64,000 nt of DNA. Source: Akkermansiaceae bacterium (lineage in GTDB: Bacteria; Verrucomicrobiota; Verrucomicrobiia; Verrucomicrobiales; Akkermansiaceae). A program made the position numbers and the translations under genes. Location of the stretch: contig JBPOGD010000006.1 in assembly GCA_051252195.1 (NCBI GenBank), positions 144,551 to 208,550 on the forward strand, written 5' to 3'. The notes under the pieces were generated by a model that worked only from the letters and a program-made list of their open reading frames with translations, did not search any database and had not been told where the DNA came from. This document shows positions 45,975 to 56,145 of this stretch, piece after piece (positions within the stretch are counted from its first letter, which is position 1; the number at the start of each line of letters is the position of its first letter).

Positions 45975-48398
45975 ATGAGTATTCAATCAGGTGATTATGA
46001 AAAATTAGGATCTTTCTATCTCGGTCGATCATATGATTTAAAAAAGAGCGAAGTCCAAGACGACTTGGTTCTTTATGATTCAAAGGACCTTGTCACACAT
46101 GGTGTCGTATTAGGGATGACAGGCTCTGGTAAGACAGGTCTGTGTCTGTCTATTTTAGAGGAGGCGGCAATGGATAATATACCAGCTATCATTATTGACC
46201 CTAAAGGTGATATTGCTAACTTGATGCTGACTTTTCCTGATTTTCAAGGTTCTGATTTTAGACCCTGGATCAATGAGGATGATGCCTTAAAAAAAGGCGC
46301 CACACCGGATGAATATGCGCAGAAAACTGCGAGCATGTGGAAAGAGGGTATTGCTTCTTGGGGGCAGAAACCAGAGCGTGTGAGGAACTTTAAACAGAAA
46401 TGTGATATCAATATTTTCACGCCAGGTAGTAAGGCGGGAATCCCGGTCTCGATTTTGAGTTCGCTCGATGTACCACCATTTGAAGTGCTCGATGACGGGG
46501 AACTTCTCGGCGACCGGATTGAGAGTACCGTAAGCTCTCTGCTGTCGTTGATTGGAGTGGACTCAGATCCCATTCAGAGTCCTGAGGCAGTCGTGTTAAG
46601 TACGATTTTTAACCATTGTTGGCAGGCAGGTCAGAATTTGACTTTAGAAACTTTGATCAGGCATCTGCAGAAGCCTCCATTTGGTAAAGTGGGAGTAATC
46701 GATGTTGAATCTTTTATGAATGCTAAAGAGCGGCAGAAGTTAGCTCTGAAGTTTAATGCCTTGATTGCATCTCCTGGCTTCTCAACATGGATGGAGGGAC
46801 CCGCTCTCGATATTGATACCATGCTGCATGCACCTGATGGTAAACCGCGAATATCTATTTTTTCGATCGCCCACTTGAGTGACTCGGAGCGGATGTTTTT
46901 TGTCAGTTTGCTTCTTAATCAGATGCTGGGCTGGATGAGAACGCAGAGTGGTACTACGAGCCTCCGTGCGATGCTTTACATGGATGAAATCTATGGTTTC
47001 TTGCCGCCGTCGCAGAATCCACCGAGTAAGAAACCGATGATGACAATGCTGAAGCAGGGGAGAGCATTTGGTTTAGGTTGTCTTTTAGCTACGCAAAACC
47101 CAGTGGATCTCGACTATAAAGCGCTGTCTAATATTGGAACTTGGTGGCTGGGCCGACTCCAGACGGAGCGTGATAAAGCGCGTGTACTAGATGGGCTTGA
47201 AGGGGCCGCGGCATCTCAGGAAGGTGGCTTTGATCGCCAGAGGATGGAAGAGCTTCTTGCTGGTTTGGGCTCCCGGGTTTTTCTAATGAACAATGTCCAT
47301 GAGGATGCTCCCGTAGTGTTTCATGTGCGCTGGGTGATGAGCTATCTTTGCGGTCCACTTACGCGGAGAAAAATTAAGAAGTTGATGGATCCGCTGCGTA
47401 TTAAGTTTCCTTATGGTAACGAGAAGTCGGCAGTTGCAGAGCAGTCGTCTAACCCTATGGCGATGCCAAGCGCGTCTTCCGTTGCGCCAGTGGGCGAGCG
47501 GCCTATAGTAGGTGCGGGTGTGGAGGAGTACTTTGTTCCCTTCGCTGGTGAAAGTGACGACGTCACATACAAGCCGGCATTACTGCGGGAAGCGAATGTG
47601 CATTTTTCCTCATCGAAATGCGGGATCGATGGCTCACGTTTAATGCGCTTTAGCAATGCGCTTACCGAGCAAGGTATTGACTGGGAGAAGGATGCTGGCT
47701 GCACCACTCCGGTCAAATCTCTCAAGTCAAAGCCCCGCAGCGGCTGTGGATTTGATGAGCTGCCAGGTTTTGCGATGCAGGCGTCCAATTACAAGCAGGT
47801 GAAAAAAGATTTTACCGATTACATTTATCGCAACGAGCGCGTTGAGATTTTCTTTTGTCCTCTATTAAAAGCGTATTCTAATCTTGGCGAAAGCGAAGGA
47901 GCGTTCCGAGGGCGTCTTGCTACCAAAGCCCGTGAGGTGCGAGACGTGGCAGTGGAGAAACTACGCGATAAATATGAGGCGAAAATAAAGACAAAGATGG
48001 GCCAGCTGGATCGTGCGGAAAATATGCTCTCAAAAGAAGAGGCTGAATCAAGTTCAGCGAACTGGCAGGTGGGAGCCAAGGTTTTGGGCGGACTGCTCGG
48101 TGGACTTTTTGGCGGACGTAAAAGTTCAGCCTCTACTACAATTACTGGAGCTACTCGTGCCTACAAACAGCGCAGCGATGTGAAGCTGGCTGAGAGGAAA
48201 GTCGAAACCATCGAGGCAGATATTGCTGAATTAGAAGCTGAGCTTCGAGAGGAAATCTTAGAGCTGGGTGAACAGTTTGATCCCGCGACGGTGAGTCTGG
48301 AAAATGAGGTGATTAAGCCATTGAAGAAAAATATCGATGTGACGAGTGTCGCCCTCATCTGGCTACCCTATGATCGCGATGGGGAGAAGGTTTGGTAA
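45975..48398 (+). CDS. HerA/DUF87-like P-loop ATPase with C-terminal coiled-coil domain
   Basis: Walker A GMTGSGKTGLCLSILEEAA, IIDPKGD, and ATQNPVDLDYKALSNIGTWWLGRLQTERD (HerA/FtsK-like). Confidence 0.7.
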   Translation: MSIQSGDYEKLGSFYLGRSYDLKKSEVQDDLVLYDSKDLVTHGVVLGMTGSGKTGLCLSILEEAAMDNIPAIIIDPKGDIANLMLTFPDFQGSDFRPWINEDDALKKGATPDEYAQKTASMWKEGIASWGQKPERVRNFKQKCDINIFTPGSKAGIPVSILSSLDVPPFEVLDDGELLGDRIESTVSSLLSLIGVDSDPIQSPEAVVLSTIFNHCWQAGQNLTLETLIRHLQKPPFGKVGVIDVESFMNAKERQKLALKFNALIASPGFSTWMEGPALDIDTMLHAPDGKPRISIFSIAHLSDSERMFFVSLLLNQMLGWMRTQSGTTSLRAMLYMDEIYGFLPPSQNPPSKKPMMTMLKQGRAFGLGCLLATQNPVDLDYKALSNIGTWWLGRLQTERDKARVLDGLEGAAASQEGGFDRQRMEELLAGLGSRVFLMNNVHEDAPVVFHVRWVMSYLCGPLTRRKIKKLMDPLRIKFPYGNEKSAVAEQSSNPMAMPSASSVAPVGERPIVGAGVEEYFVPFAGESDDVTYKPALLREANVHFSSSKCGIDGSRLMRFSNALTEQGIDWEKDAGCTTPVKSLKSKPRSGCGFDELPGFAMQASNYKQVKKDFTDYIYRNERVEIFFCPLLKAYSNLGESEGAFRGRLATKAREVRDVAVEKLRDKYEAKIKTKMGQLDRAENMLSKEEAESSSANWQVGAKVLGGLLGGLFGGRKSSASTTITGATRAYKQRSDVKLAERKVETIEADIAELEAELREEILELGEQFDPATVSLENEVIKPLKKNIDVTSVALIWLPYDRDGEKVW

Positions 48399-48608
48399 GT
48401 AATCCCTCGACACTTTTATCGCAAGCACAGGTTGGTCTTTTATCGCTGGAAACGTTCATTAGGTCTGTGGAATACGACGAGTAAATAGGAAAGCGTAAGG
48501 TGAGAAAAAATTTGCAGGATTGTTGGTTTCCAATAATTCGGCTTGCTCCTCATCCTAGCTCCGTTTAGATCATGGATTCCGTTCAACCTATTTGACGGTT
48601 TATCTATT

Positions 48609-50153
48609 ATGGCTATCCAACGTGCTCTTCTGTCTGTCTCCGATAAATCTGGCCTCATCGAATTCGCCCAAGGCCTTCATAAACACGGTGTCGAACTCCT
48701 ATCTACAGGTGGTACATCTAAAGCTCTCCGTGAGGCAGGCTTACCCGTTATTGATGTATCTGACTACACGGGAGCTCCTGAGCTTTTTGAAGGGCGTGTT
48801 AAGACGCTTCACCCATTGGTACACGGTGGCCTTCTCTATAAACGCGAAGATGAACTACACCTCAAACAAGCGGCTGATAATGACGTAGCACCTATCGATC
48901 TCGTTGTTGTCAACCTCTACCCCTTCGAAGAAACAGTGGCAAAAGAGGGCGTCACTCTGGAAGAAGCGATTGAAAATATCGATATCGGCGGTCCGTCCAT
49001 GCTGCGCAGTGCCGCTAAAAACTACAAGAGCGTCACGGTTGTCACCGACCCTGCCGATTACGCACGTGTTCTTACTGAGATGGAAGAAAACAGCGGAGAT
49101 ACAACACCAGAACTTCGCGAAGAGCTATCGGTCAAAGTTTTTCTCCGTACCTCTACCTACGACACTGCGATCCATAGTTTCCTAGCAAAGACCAATGAGG
49201 CGTCGCGTGACCGTTTCACCGTCAGCCTGCCTCTCGAGCGCGAACTCCGTTATGGCGATAATCCGCACCAAGCAACCACACTTTATGGAAACTTTGGTGA
49301 TATTTTCGCTCAACTTCAGGGCAAAGAGCTTAGTTACACCAATATTCTCGATATCGAAGCAGCCGCTGATCTTATCACCGACTTTAAACGCCCTACTCTA
49401 GGTATTCTTAAACACACCAATCCCTGTGGTGTAGGTCAAGATGACGCAGACCTGCGCGAGGCATGGCAGCGTGCTTTTGAGACTGATACTCAAGCACCAT
49501 TTGGCGGTGTGATTGTGATCAACCGGCCGATGACTGAAGGTCTAGCTCGTATTATTTCGACTATTTTCACCGATGTTATCATCGCTCCTAGCTTTGAGCC
49601 TGAAGCTCGTGCGATTCTTCAGAAGAAGAAAAACCTTCGCCTTATCAAACTCAATACCACTGCTTGGGAAGATATTCGTAAGGACCCCGTTGTGCGTTCT
49701 GCTCCAGGAGGATTGATGGTGATGGGTCGTGATCACACCACGCTTGGTCTCGATAATTTAGAAAGTAAAGTTGTCACTAAACGTCCACCTTCTGAAGAGG
49801 AAATGCGCGCCATGCGCTTTGCGTGGAAGGTGGTAAAGCATGTGAAGTCAAATGCTATTGTTTATTCAGCAGCTGATCGCACACTTGGTATAGGCGCAGG
49901 TCAGATGAGTCGCGTGGATTCATCACGTATAGCAGTCTGGAAGTCTCAGGAAGCTGGGTTATCACTCAAAGGTAGCGTAATGGCATCTGATGCGATGCTT
50001 CCCTTCGCGGATGGTCTCGATGCGGCTATAGCAGCTGGTGCCACCGCTTGCATTCAGCCAGGAGGTTCAATCCGTGATGAAGAAGTTATTGCTGCTGCTG
50101 ATGCTGCAGGCATCGCCATGGTGTTTACAGGGCACAGGCACTTCAGGCATTAA
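48609..50153 (+). CDS. purH: bifunctional AICAR transformylase / IMP cyclohydrolase
   Basis: [36 protein letters not shown] (the MGS-like domain) and the AICARFT domain. I placed the start at ATG 48609. Confidence 0.95.
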   Translation: MAIQRALLSVSDKSGLIEFAQGLHKHGVELLSTGGTSKALREAGLPVIDVSDYTGAPELFEGRVKTLHPLVHGGLLYKREDELHLKQAADNDVAPIDLVVVNLYPFEETVAKEGVTLEEAIENIDIGGPSMLRSAAKNYKSVTVVTDPADYARVLTEMEENSGDTTPELREELSVKVFLRTSTYDTAIHSFLAKTNEASRDRFTVSLPLERELRYGDNPHQATTLYGNFGDIFAQLQGKELSYTNILDIEAAADLITDFKRPTLGILKHTNPCGVGQDDADLREAWQRAFETDTQAPFGGVIVINRPMTEGLARIISTIFTDVIIAPSFEPEARAILQKKKNLRLIKLNTTAWEDIRKDPVVRSAPGGLMVMGRDHTTLGLDNLESKVVTKRPPSEEEMRAMRFAWKVVKHVKSNAIVYSAADRTLGIGAGQMSRVDSSRIAVWKSQEAGLSLKGSVMASDAMLPFADGLDAAIAAGATACIQPGGSIRDEEVIAAADAAGIAMVFTGHRHFRH

Positions 50154-50336
50154 TTGTTGAAGGAGGGTTCCTTTTACAGGATCTCAGGATGTATGAGAGA
50201 AGGTTTAGAAAAGAAATGCTGAGGTGGGGGGCGCCTCTGGTTTAGTTTTCAAAGAACTTGAAAAGCTTTACTACGGCTGGCGGGCTTTCTTGTGCTCTGT
50301 TCTATCTTCTGTAAGAGGCTCGGATAACCGCTTTTG

Positions 50337-51818
50337 TTATGGTGGTGTCAGATTATATTTTTTTTCTCCAACACGTTTGATTTCTACGAAGAAGGCTCCT
50401 AGCTCGCGTTCGAGAGGGAGCTGGCCTGTGAACCAGCATTCGAGATCGGTGACGCCAGCCTCTGCATCGATATTGATGCTGATGCTGGAGGTGTTAGTGG
50501 GTATGGCGAGCTCGACTTTGCTCTGTCCCAGTTTAATGAAAGCGCGTCCTGCTGCTAACTTGGCGAGGTCACTTTTCTGATTTGGGGGAAGTTTTCCCAT
50601 GGTGACTTGGTAACGGCCTGCTTGCAGGATATCGACCGCCCAGCTACCGCAGTAGGCAGGGAATGTTTCTCTGTAGGATTCGTTTTTGAGTCCTTCAAGG
50701 ATTGTTTTTAAATCATGTTCGTAAACGAGCGGTTTGGATGAAGGCGAGGAGTCATCAGGGTGAATAATATTGGAGGGTCGCCAGTCAAGTGCTGTCAGTT
50801 TAGTGACCATGCCGTTTTCCTGTCCTACGGGGAATGCTCGCTTATTGGTGAGAGCTTCTCTTGCTACTTGCCACCATTGGTTGTGCCGCGTGAGAAGCTC
50901 GCTGTGTCGTCGCGTGTGTCGAGAAATATCGAGAGGTTGACTGAGATCGGGCTCTAGGTCTGGGGTGGCTGGATAGAGCTCAAGACCATCAACGAGAGCA
51001 TAGCCATCACTGATGACAAGTGAATCACGGTGACGGTACTTTTCTGAAGATTCCTGTGGAGGCCAATTAGCCCGGTGAAAAAAGTGGTGTTTAGGCTCTT
51101 GAATGACGATTTTTTTTTCTCCTTTGAGGATATCTGTAAGTAGTTGGTTGAGTTGGAAATCAATAAGGTGACCACTGACTTCAAAATGGACTCCTTGTTG
51201 AAAAAAACTCCACTTTGCTGGATAATGGTATTTCTCAGGTATAAAACCTCGTTTTGAGTCGATGGTTGGGTTCATGAGGCTCAAGGCTCCTACGACCATA
51301 GGGCGTGATGAATTTTCTACTATTTGCTGCAGACTAGTCGAAATGAAATCGGCATCATAGCAGCCGCCTTGTTGAATGATAATAAATAGAGGTTTATTAT
51401 GATGTTCGCCGATTTTCTGTGGCAGGGTCTCTTGGGTATTACTTGTTATCAGCTGAGACGCATGAGCAGGATCAGAGAAATACCGCGTTTCATAGCCTGC
51501 AGTTTGGTATTGTTGGAAGATGCTAGTGCTAGTTACAGGATGCCTTCTCCAGTCGAAATCAGACACTACGCCAGATTGCAAAGCAGGGAGCCCATAGATA
51601 ATGGCTGCCATTGTAGCAGCCTTGCTAGGCGAAACTCGACACTGGTTGTGCGAGCGATCCCACTCTGCTGGTAAACTGACCTGATAGGGCTCAACTAGAT
51701 CTGCAACAATCACTACGACGTGAGGTTTCTCAGAAGCATAGCTTACAGCAATGGCCATCCACATTGCTATAGCTACTTTCACGAACTTGGATGATATTTG
51801 AGAATCTCTAAGCATCAT
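50337..51818 (-). CDS. secreted hypothetical protein, possibly alkaline-phosphatase-superfamily (sulfatase-like) fold
   Basis: Signal peptide from MMLRDSQISSKFVKVAIAMWMAIAVSYA, then PHVVVIVADL resembling a sulfatase N-terminus. The assignment is weak. Confidence 0.4.
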   Translation of the reverse strand: MMLRDSQISSKFVKVAIAMWMAIAVSYASEKPHVVVIVADLVEPYQVSLPAEWDRSHNQCRVSPSKAATMAAIIYGLPALQSGVVSDFDWRRHPVTSTSIFQQYQTAGYETRYFSDPAHASQLITSNTQETLPQKIGEHHNKPLFIIIQQGGCYDADFISTSLQQIVENSSRPMVVGALSLMNPTIDSKRGFIPEKYHYPAKWSFFQQGVHFEVSGHLIDFQLNQLLTDILKGEKKIVIQEPKHHFFHRANWPPQESSEKYRHRDSLVISDGYALVDGLELYPATPDLEPDLSQPLDISRHTRRHSELLTRHNQWWQVAREALTNKRAFPVGQENGMVTKLTALDWRPSNIIHPDDSSPSSKPLVYEHDLKTILEGLKNESYRETFPAYCGSWAVDILQAGRYQVTMGKLPPNQKSDLAKLAAGRAFIKLGQSKVELAIPTNTSSISINIDAEAGVTDLECWFTGQLPLERELGAFFVEIKRVGEKKYNLTPP

Positions 51819-52205
51819 GATTATAATGCCATACAATCTAGTTTTTGTCTGCTTGAAAGGCATGTGCAAATCTAGCGATACTAATGAAATTATTGAGGAT
51901 AAAACCACCATGGTAGGTTCGTAGAGATGGCTTTGCTTTTTTCGAGATATGTGAGTGTCGCTTCGATGATGTGTGATCTTTCGATGAGAGATTGGCTGAG
52001 AAAAATCTATCATACTGATAAGATTCTTTATAAGAATAGAATAGGTTAATATGGAGTTATTTATTCACAGAAGTTAGGGTGATTGGTTGTATGATTAAAC
52101 TCTATAATTAAAATCAGATTTCCCACCTTGAGATTGGCTATTTTTTGATCTCATTAAATATTTTTTTGACCTGATTGATTACATTTATTAAGTTTTTATT
52201 ACTTT

Positions 52206-52538
52206 TTGACGGTTTTGGTATTACTTTGGCTTGACAAAAATAAAGCTTTCATAAACATGATCACGTCTACTTTTATCAAAAAGAGATATATTGAATTTTG
52301 TATATTACTTAAAATTTCAAACCCCAAGATGATGAATTATAAAAACTTAGCAATCAACAAAATGATTCTAATGAATCAAGTATATGAAGACTCAATGGCG
52401 CTTCATGACAAAGATAAATGGATGCTTATTACAAGGCTACTTGAAGGTCTTAACGTGGGCTTAGAGTCTGACCCAAGTGAGTTGGAAGAAATTAAAAATC
52501 TATTGATAAAATTGAATCTAAACAAACTTGCTGATTAA
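52206..52538 (+). CDS. small hypothetical protein in an AT-rich segment
   Basis: ORF only. The local GC content of 51.9-52.5 kb is clearly lower than the surroundings. Confidence 0.25.
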   Translation: MTVLVLLWLDKNKAFINMITSTFIKKRYIEFCILLKISNPKMMNYKNLAINKMILMNQVYEDSMALHDKDKWMLITRLLEGLNVGLESDPSELEEIKNLLIKLNLNKLAD

Positions 52539-52984
52539 GCGCAAATCATGAGGGGTGTTTTTTCGGTGACCTCATCGAAAAGTTCCATAATATCCTTATT
52601 TGCCATTCGAATGCAGCCACAGCTTCGAGGTTTTCCAAGTAGCTCCTCTTGATTGGTTCCGTGGATATAAATGTATCTACTCATACTATTTGCATTTTTA
52701 ATATCCAAGCCATTGAGGCGTAATATCCTGGTGAGAATCATATCTTCATCCGATGGCGTGTTATCCCATAGACCTATGGTTTTTCTAGACTGGAAAATAG
52801 TGCCCAGTGGTTCATTATATCCGATTTTTTCACTGATTTCAAAGCGTCCTGTAGGTGTGCAGTGACTGCCTTCTTCGTAACCTACTCCATTTTTTGAGCT
52901 AGAGATCGAATACTCTTTGAGTATTTTCCCGTTATCGTAAAGTCTGAGCCGTTGTTCGCTAATAGAAATATGAAGATGTCTCAT
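52535..52984 (-). CDS. L,D-transpeptidase (YkuD-domain) protein
   Basis: Catalytic motif IHGTNQEELLGKPRSCGCIRM (His...Cys). Confidence 0.85.
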   Translation of the reverse strand: MRHLHISISEQRLRLYDNGKILKEYSISSSKNGVGYEEGSHCTPTGRFEISEKIGYNEPLGTIFQSRKTIGLWDNTPSDEDMILTRILRLNGLDIKNANSMSRYIYIHGTNQEELLGKPRSCGCIRMANKDIMELFDEVTEKTPLMICA

Positions 52985-53000
52985 GTTCGTTAGTTTTGGG

Positions 53001-54167
53001 CTAGGTGAGCTTGGGTGATTTAAGGGAGATGATGGAGTTGTGCCCTCCCATGCCGACGGCTATTTTTAAAACCGTTGAACCTTCGGGTGATAGCTGAGAA
53101 GGAAGCATGGTGAATGGTTTTGCGAAGTTGGTGCTATTTTTAAGGTTTGGAGGAAGGGTGCCATTTTTCATCCATAAGGCAAGCAGGGCGGTGTCTAAGA
53201 CCCCACTGGCTCCGACAGTGTGTCCTGTAAAAGGTTTAAGCGGGTGCAATGAGATGGGTTTGCTGGTTTTGATCACAGCCTGAAGCGCAGTGAGCTCAGC
53301 TCTTCCATGTAGGAGTGTGCCACTAGCATGTGGACAAATAGCTGCAATAGTAGGCTCGTTTTTGAGAGCATCCACCGCCATTTGTAAGCAATCTCTCAAA
53401 CCAGAGCCATCAGCAGGCATACCTATGGGAGTGTGAGCGTCTGAGTTACACCAGTAGCCGGTGAAATGAGTGTGTGAAAAATCATCTTCAGAAACAGCTT
53501 CAAGTACTACTGCCGCGCCGGCTTCACCGGGAAAAAACCCCTTGGTTTCGGGCGAGTAGGGGTCGTTGAGATCATTTTGAGCTAAGACACCTGTTTTTTG
53601 ATAGGCTTCTAAGACATCGGGAATCAGTGGCAGCTCGACGCCTACAACGATCGCACGTTGAACGAGGCCTTGCTTAATCATCATCATGGCCATGCCTAGA
53701 GCGTCGAGACTTGCAGCGCAGCCACTGGAAATTACTTGCCACGGACCACGAATACCTAGCTCGATACTGATGATGGAAGCGAGCTCACCATGCATTGAGT
53801 TACTTGCTGCCATCAATGGGAATGGTCGCCTTTTTGGCCACGATGAAATCCAGCCAGCGATGTTCCCACGGCTACTGCCCACAATGACTGCTGCTGATGC
53901 GAGATCGGACTGACGGAGTCCAGCATCTTGTATGGCTTGTTTGGCAACATGGAGAGAGAGCATCGATGCTGGTGCCCACTTACGTGAGTGCATAATCGAG
54001 CGATCTTCGATCCAGCCAGCTTTTAGTGAAGCAAAACTGGAATCCTCTCCCAGTAATCCCGATAGTGGTTTTAAGCCATGCTGTTTAGCTTCTATTTTTT
54101 GAGCGTGTGCAGCTGTACCATCGCCGAGACCGCTGGTAATGCCAATACCTGTAATCGCGATATTCAT
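53001..54167 (-). CDS. beta-ketoacyl-ACP synthase (KAS I/II, FabB/FabF-like)
   Basis: Active-site region SSGCAASLDALGMA and the His-His region HASGT..H. I placed the start at MNIAITGIGI (54167). Confidence 0.8.
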   Translation of the reverse strand: MNIAITGIGITSGLGDGTAAHAQKIEAKQHGLKPLSGLLGEDSSFASLKAGWIEDRSIMHSRKWAPASMLSLHVAKQAIQDAGLRQSDLASAAVIVGSSRGNIAGWISSWPKRRPFPLMAASNSMHGELASIISIELGIRGPWQVISSGCAASLDALGMAMMMIKQGLVQRAIVVGVELPLIPDVLEAYQKTGVLAQNDLNDPYSPETKGFFPGEAGAAVVLEAVSEDDFSHTHFTGYWCNSDAHTPIGMPADGSGLRDCLQMAVDALKNEPTIAAICPHASGTLLHGRAELTALQAVIKTSKPISLHPLKPFTGHTVGASGVLDTALLALWMKNGTLPPNLKNSTNFAKPFTMLPSQLSPEGSTVLKIAVGMGGHNSIISLKSPKLT

Positions 54168-54270
54168 GGTGGGTGAGGGGCGAAAAATAGATTTTACATG
54201 ACTGACCTGTCCTGAGATAAAAGAGGGGCGTTTTGGATCATTTTTTATTAAATGACTCAAGCTTTATGCC

Positions 54271-55290
54271 TTACTCAGAGCAGCAGGGCTGACATGCTGC
54301 ATTAGCAGGGGATAGCTCTTTGTTGTCATCCGCTTTTGGAGCCTCCATGGATGGATTGGGTGCTTGTGTCTCAAGGCCCAATTTTGCAATCAGGTCGAGG
54401 TCTTGTTTGATAGCAGGGTTTTGAGCTGTTAGTAATTTGTCTCCGTAGAAAATTGAGTTTGCCCCAGCAAAGAAGCACATCGCCTGCCCTTCTTCGCTCA
54501 TGCAGGTGCGGCCTGCAGAGAGGCGAACTTTGGCTTTCGGGCAGGCAATTCGTGCGATGGCAATCATTCTGACTACGTCAAAAATGTCGACTTTGCCAGA
54601 GTCGGCAAGCGGTGTGCCTGGCATGGGCATCAAGGAGTTTATTGGAACACTCTCAGGCTGTGGATTGAACTCAGAGATAACCTCAATCATTTTTAAGCGA
54701 TCTTCTGAGTTTTCACCGAGTCCTAGAATGCCACCGCAGCAAATACTCATGCCTGCGTTTTGAGCATGGCGAATGGTGTTGAGGCGGTCATCGTAAGTGT
54801 GAGTGGTAACGATGTTTGGGTAATGCTCACGTGAGGTGTCGAGATTGTGATTATAGGCGGTGACACCTGCATCCTTCAGTGTAACCGCTTCTTTTTCACC
54901 GAGTTCACCGAGGGTGACACAGACCTCCATCCCTAGCTCAGAGACGGATTCAATAATCTCGACGACCTGGTCAAAGCGTTTGGTGCCAGAACGAACACCC
55001 TTCCAGGCTGCTCCCATGCAGAAGCGAGTCGAGCCACTTGCTTTGGCTGCCTGAGCGCGTTCCATGACGGCGTCTTTCTCCATGAGTCGCTCGATCTGAA
55101 TACCCGTACTGTTTTTTGCAGACTGCGAGCAGTAGCTACAATCTTCTGAACAGCCGCCAGTTTTAATAGATAAAAGTGTGCAGAGCTGGATTTCGTTTTT
55201 CTCCCAGTTCGCCTCATGGACGTCACGAGCTTTTCTAAGGAGTTCAAAAAGTGGGAGTTGAAAGAGGTTGTGTAATTCTTCGTATTTCAT
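54271..55290 (-). CDS. bioB: biotin synthase with Cys-rich C-terminal extension
   Basis: The radical-SAM motif CSEDCSYCSQ, plus YNHNLDTS and the 2Fe-2S ligand region. There is an extra C-terminal tail ...NAACQPCCSE. Confidence 0.9.
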   Translation of the reverse strand: MKYEELHNLFQLPLFELLRKARDVHEANWEKNEIQLCTLLSIKTGGCSEDCSYCSQSAKNSTGIQIERLMEKDAVMERAQAAKASGSTRFCMGAAWKGVRSGTKRFDQVVEIIESVSELGMEVCVTLGELGEKEAVTLKDAGVTAYNHNLDTSREHYPNIVTTHTYDDRLNTIRHAQNAGMSICCGGILGLGENSEDRLKMIEVISEFNPQPESVPINSLMPMPGTPLADSGKVDIFDVVRMIAIARIACPKAKVRLSAGRTCMSEEGQAMCFFAGANSIFYGDKLLTAQNPAIKQDLDLIAKLGLETQAPNPSMEAPKADDNKELSPANAACQPCCSE

Positions 55291-55332
55291 TCGGTTTAAA
55301 TTCTTAAGTTTTTGATTAATAAAAACGATGCA

Positions 55333-56043
55333 CTAGCGCACCCATTGGCCAGAGACTGTGGGCATGATACCTTTTCCCACGACCGTATAGTCAGTTTTAC
55401 CTTTGGCTCCTATCAGTGTGTGACCAGTCGCTTTTTTCCAGAAAGTATGCATGCTTTCGCCTGTGTGGCAGCCCCAGCTTTGACAATGGGCATTGTTAGC
55501 AAAGACACTGCCTTTGATAGCACCTAGCTCGTCTTGGTGTAGCCACGCCTTGCTTGAGCCGATGATTTCTGCGCTGTAGTCGAGAAGGAAGCAGTGTTTA
55601 TTAGAATGGCCAAAAAAATCGAAACGAAGAATAGATTGTCTAGGTTGGCTGTTTAAAATTCGAATCACATCGTCGCCACTGTTCACCCAGACCAAACTGG
55701 CGTTTCTCTTGCTCGCCTGTTCTTGAATCCACTTGATATAGGGTTTCCCGTCTTCTCTGCCTCTACTTTCGTATGCTTTACGATAGACCATCCAGACGAT
55801 TTTAGAGTCCTCATTTGTCGAACGAACCTTATCCATATGGATAGTAGCAGCACGAATGAAATTCGCCCACCAGCGATCATGTTGATCGCGCTTGATTCGA
55901 AGATCCTCCCACTTCCGCAAGGCAGGGCCTCCCGAAAGAATGACATGGCTCCCACCAGCATGGACAGTGTCCGTGAAGCTGGAACACGTGATGAGTAAGA
56001 GGATCACAGTGATGAAACGCATTGGAGTAGAATATCGTTTCAT
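55333..56043 (-). CDS. secreted hypothetical protein
   Basis: Signal peptide MRFITVILLLITCSSFTDTVHA; no family. Confidence 0.45.
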   Translation of the reverse strand: MKRYSTPMRFITVILLLITCSSFTDTVHAGGSHVILSGGPALRKWEDLRIKRDQHDRWWANFIRAATIHMDKVRSTNEDSKIVWMVYRKAYESRGREDGKPYIKWIQEQASKRNASLVWVNSGDDVIRILNSQPRQSILRFDFFGHSNKHCFLLDYSAEIIGSSKAWLHQDELGAIKGSVFANNAHCQSWGCHTGESMHTFWKKATGHTLIGAKGKTDYTVVGKGIMPTVSGQWVR

Positions 56044-56145
56044 ATGCTAAGTGTGTCGAGGGTAAAGTCGCTAAAGCTCAGGTGATATTTGCCTATCTAG
56101 CATTGTGCTGAAAGTATTTCAATTACAGTAGGTGACGAGTCGGCA

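Noticed and set aside
50224-50580. ORF 50224..50580 (+)
   Set aside because: It overlaps the 3' end of the better-supported minus-strand gene 50337..51818 and has odd composition, so it is likely spurious.
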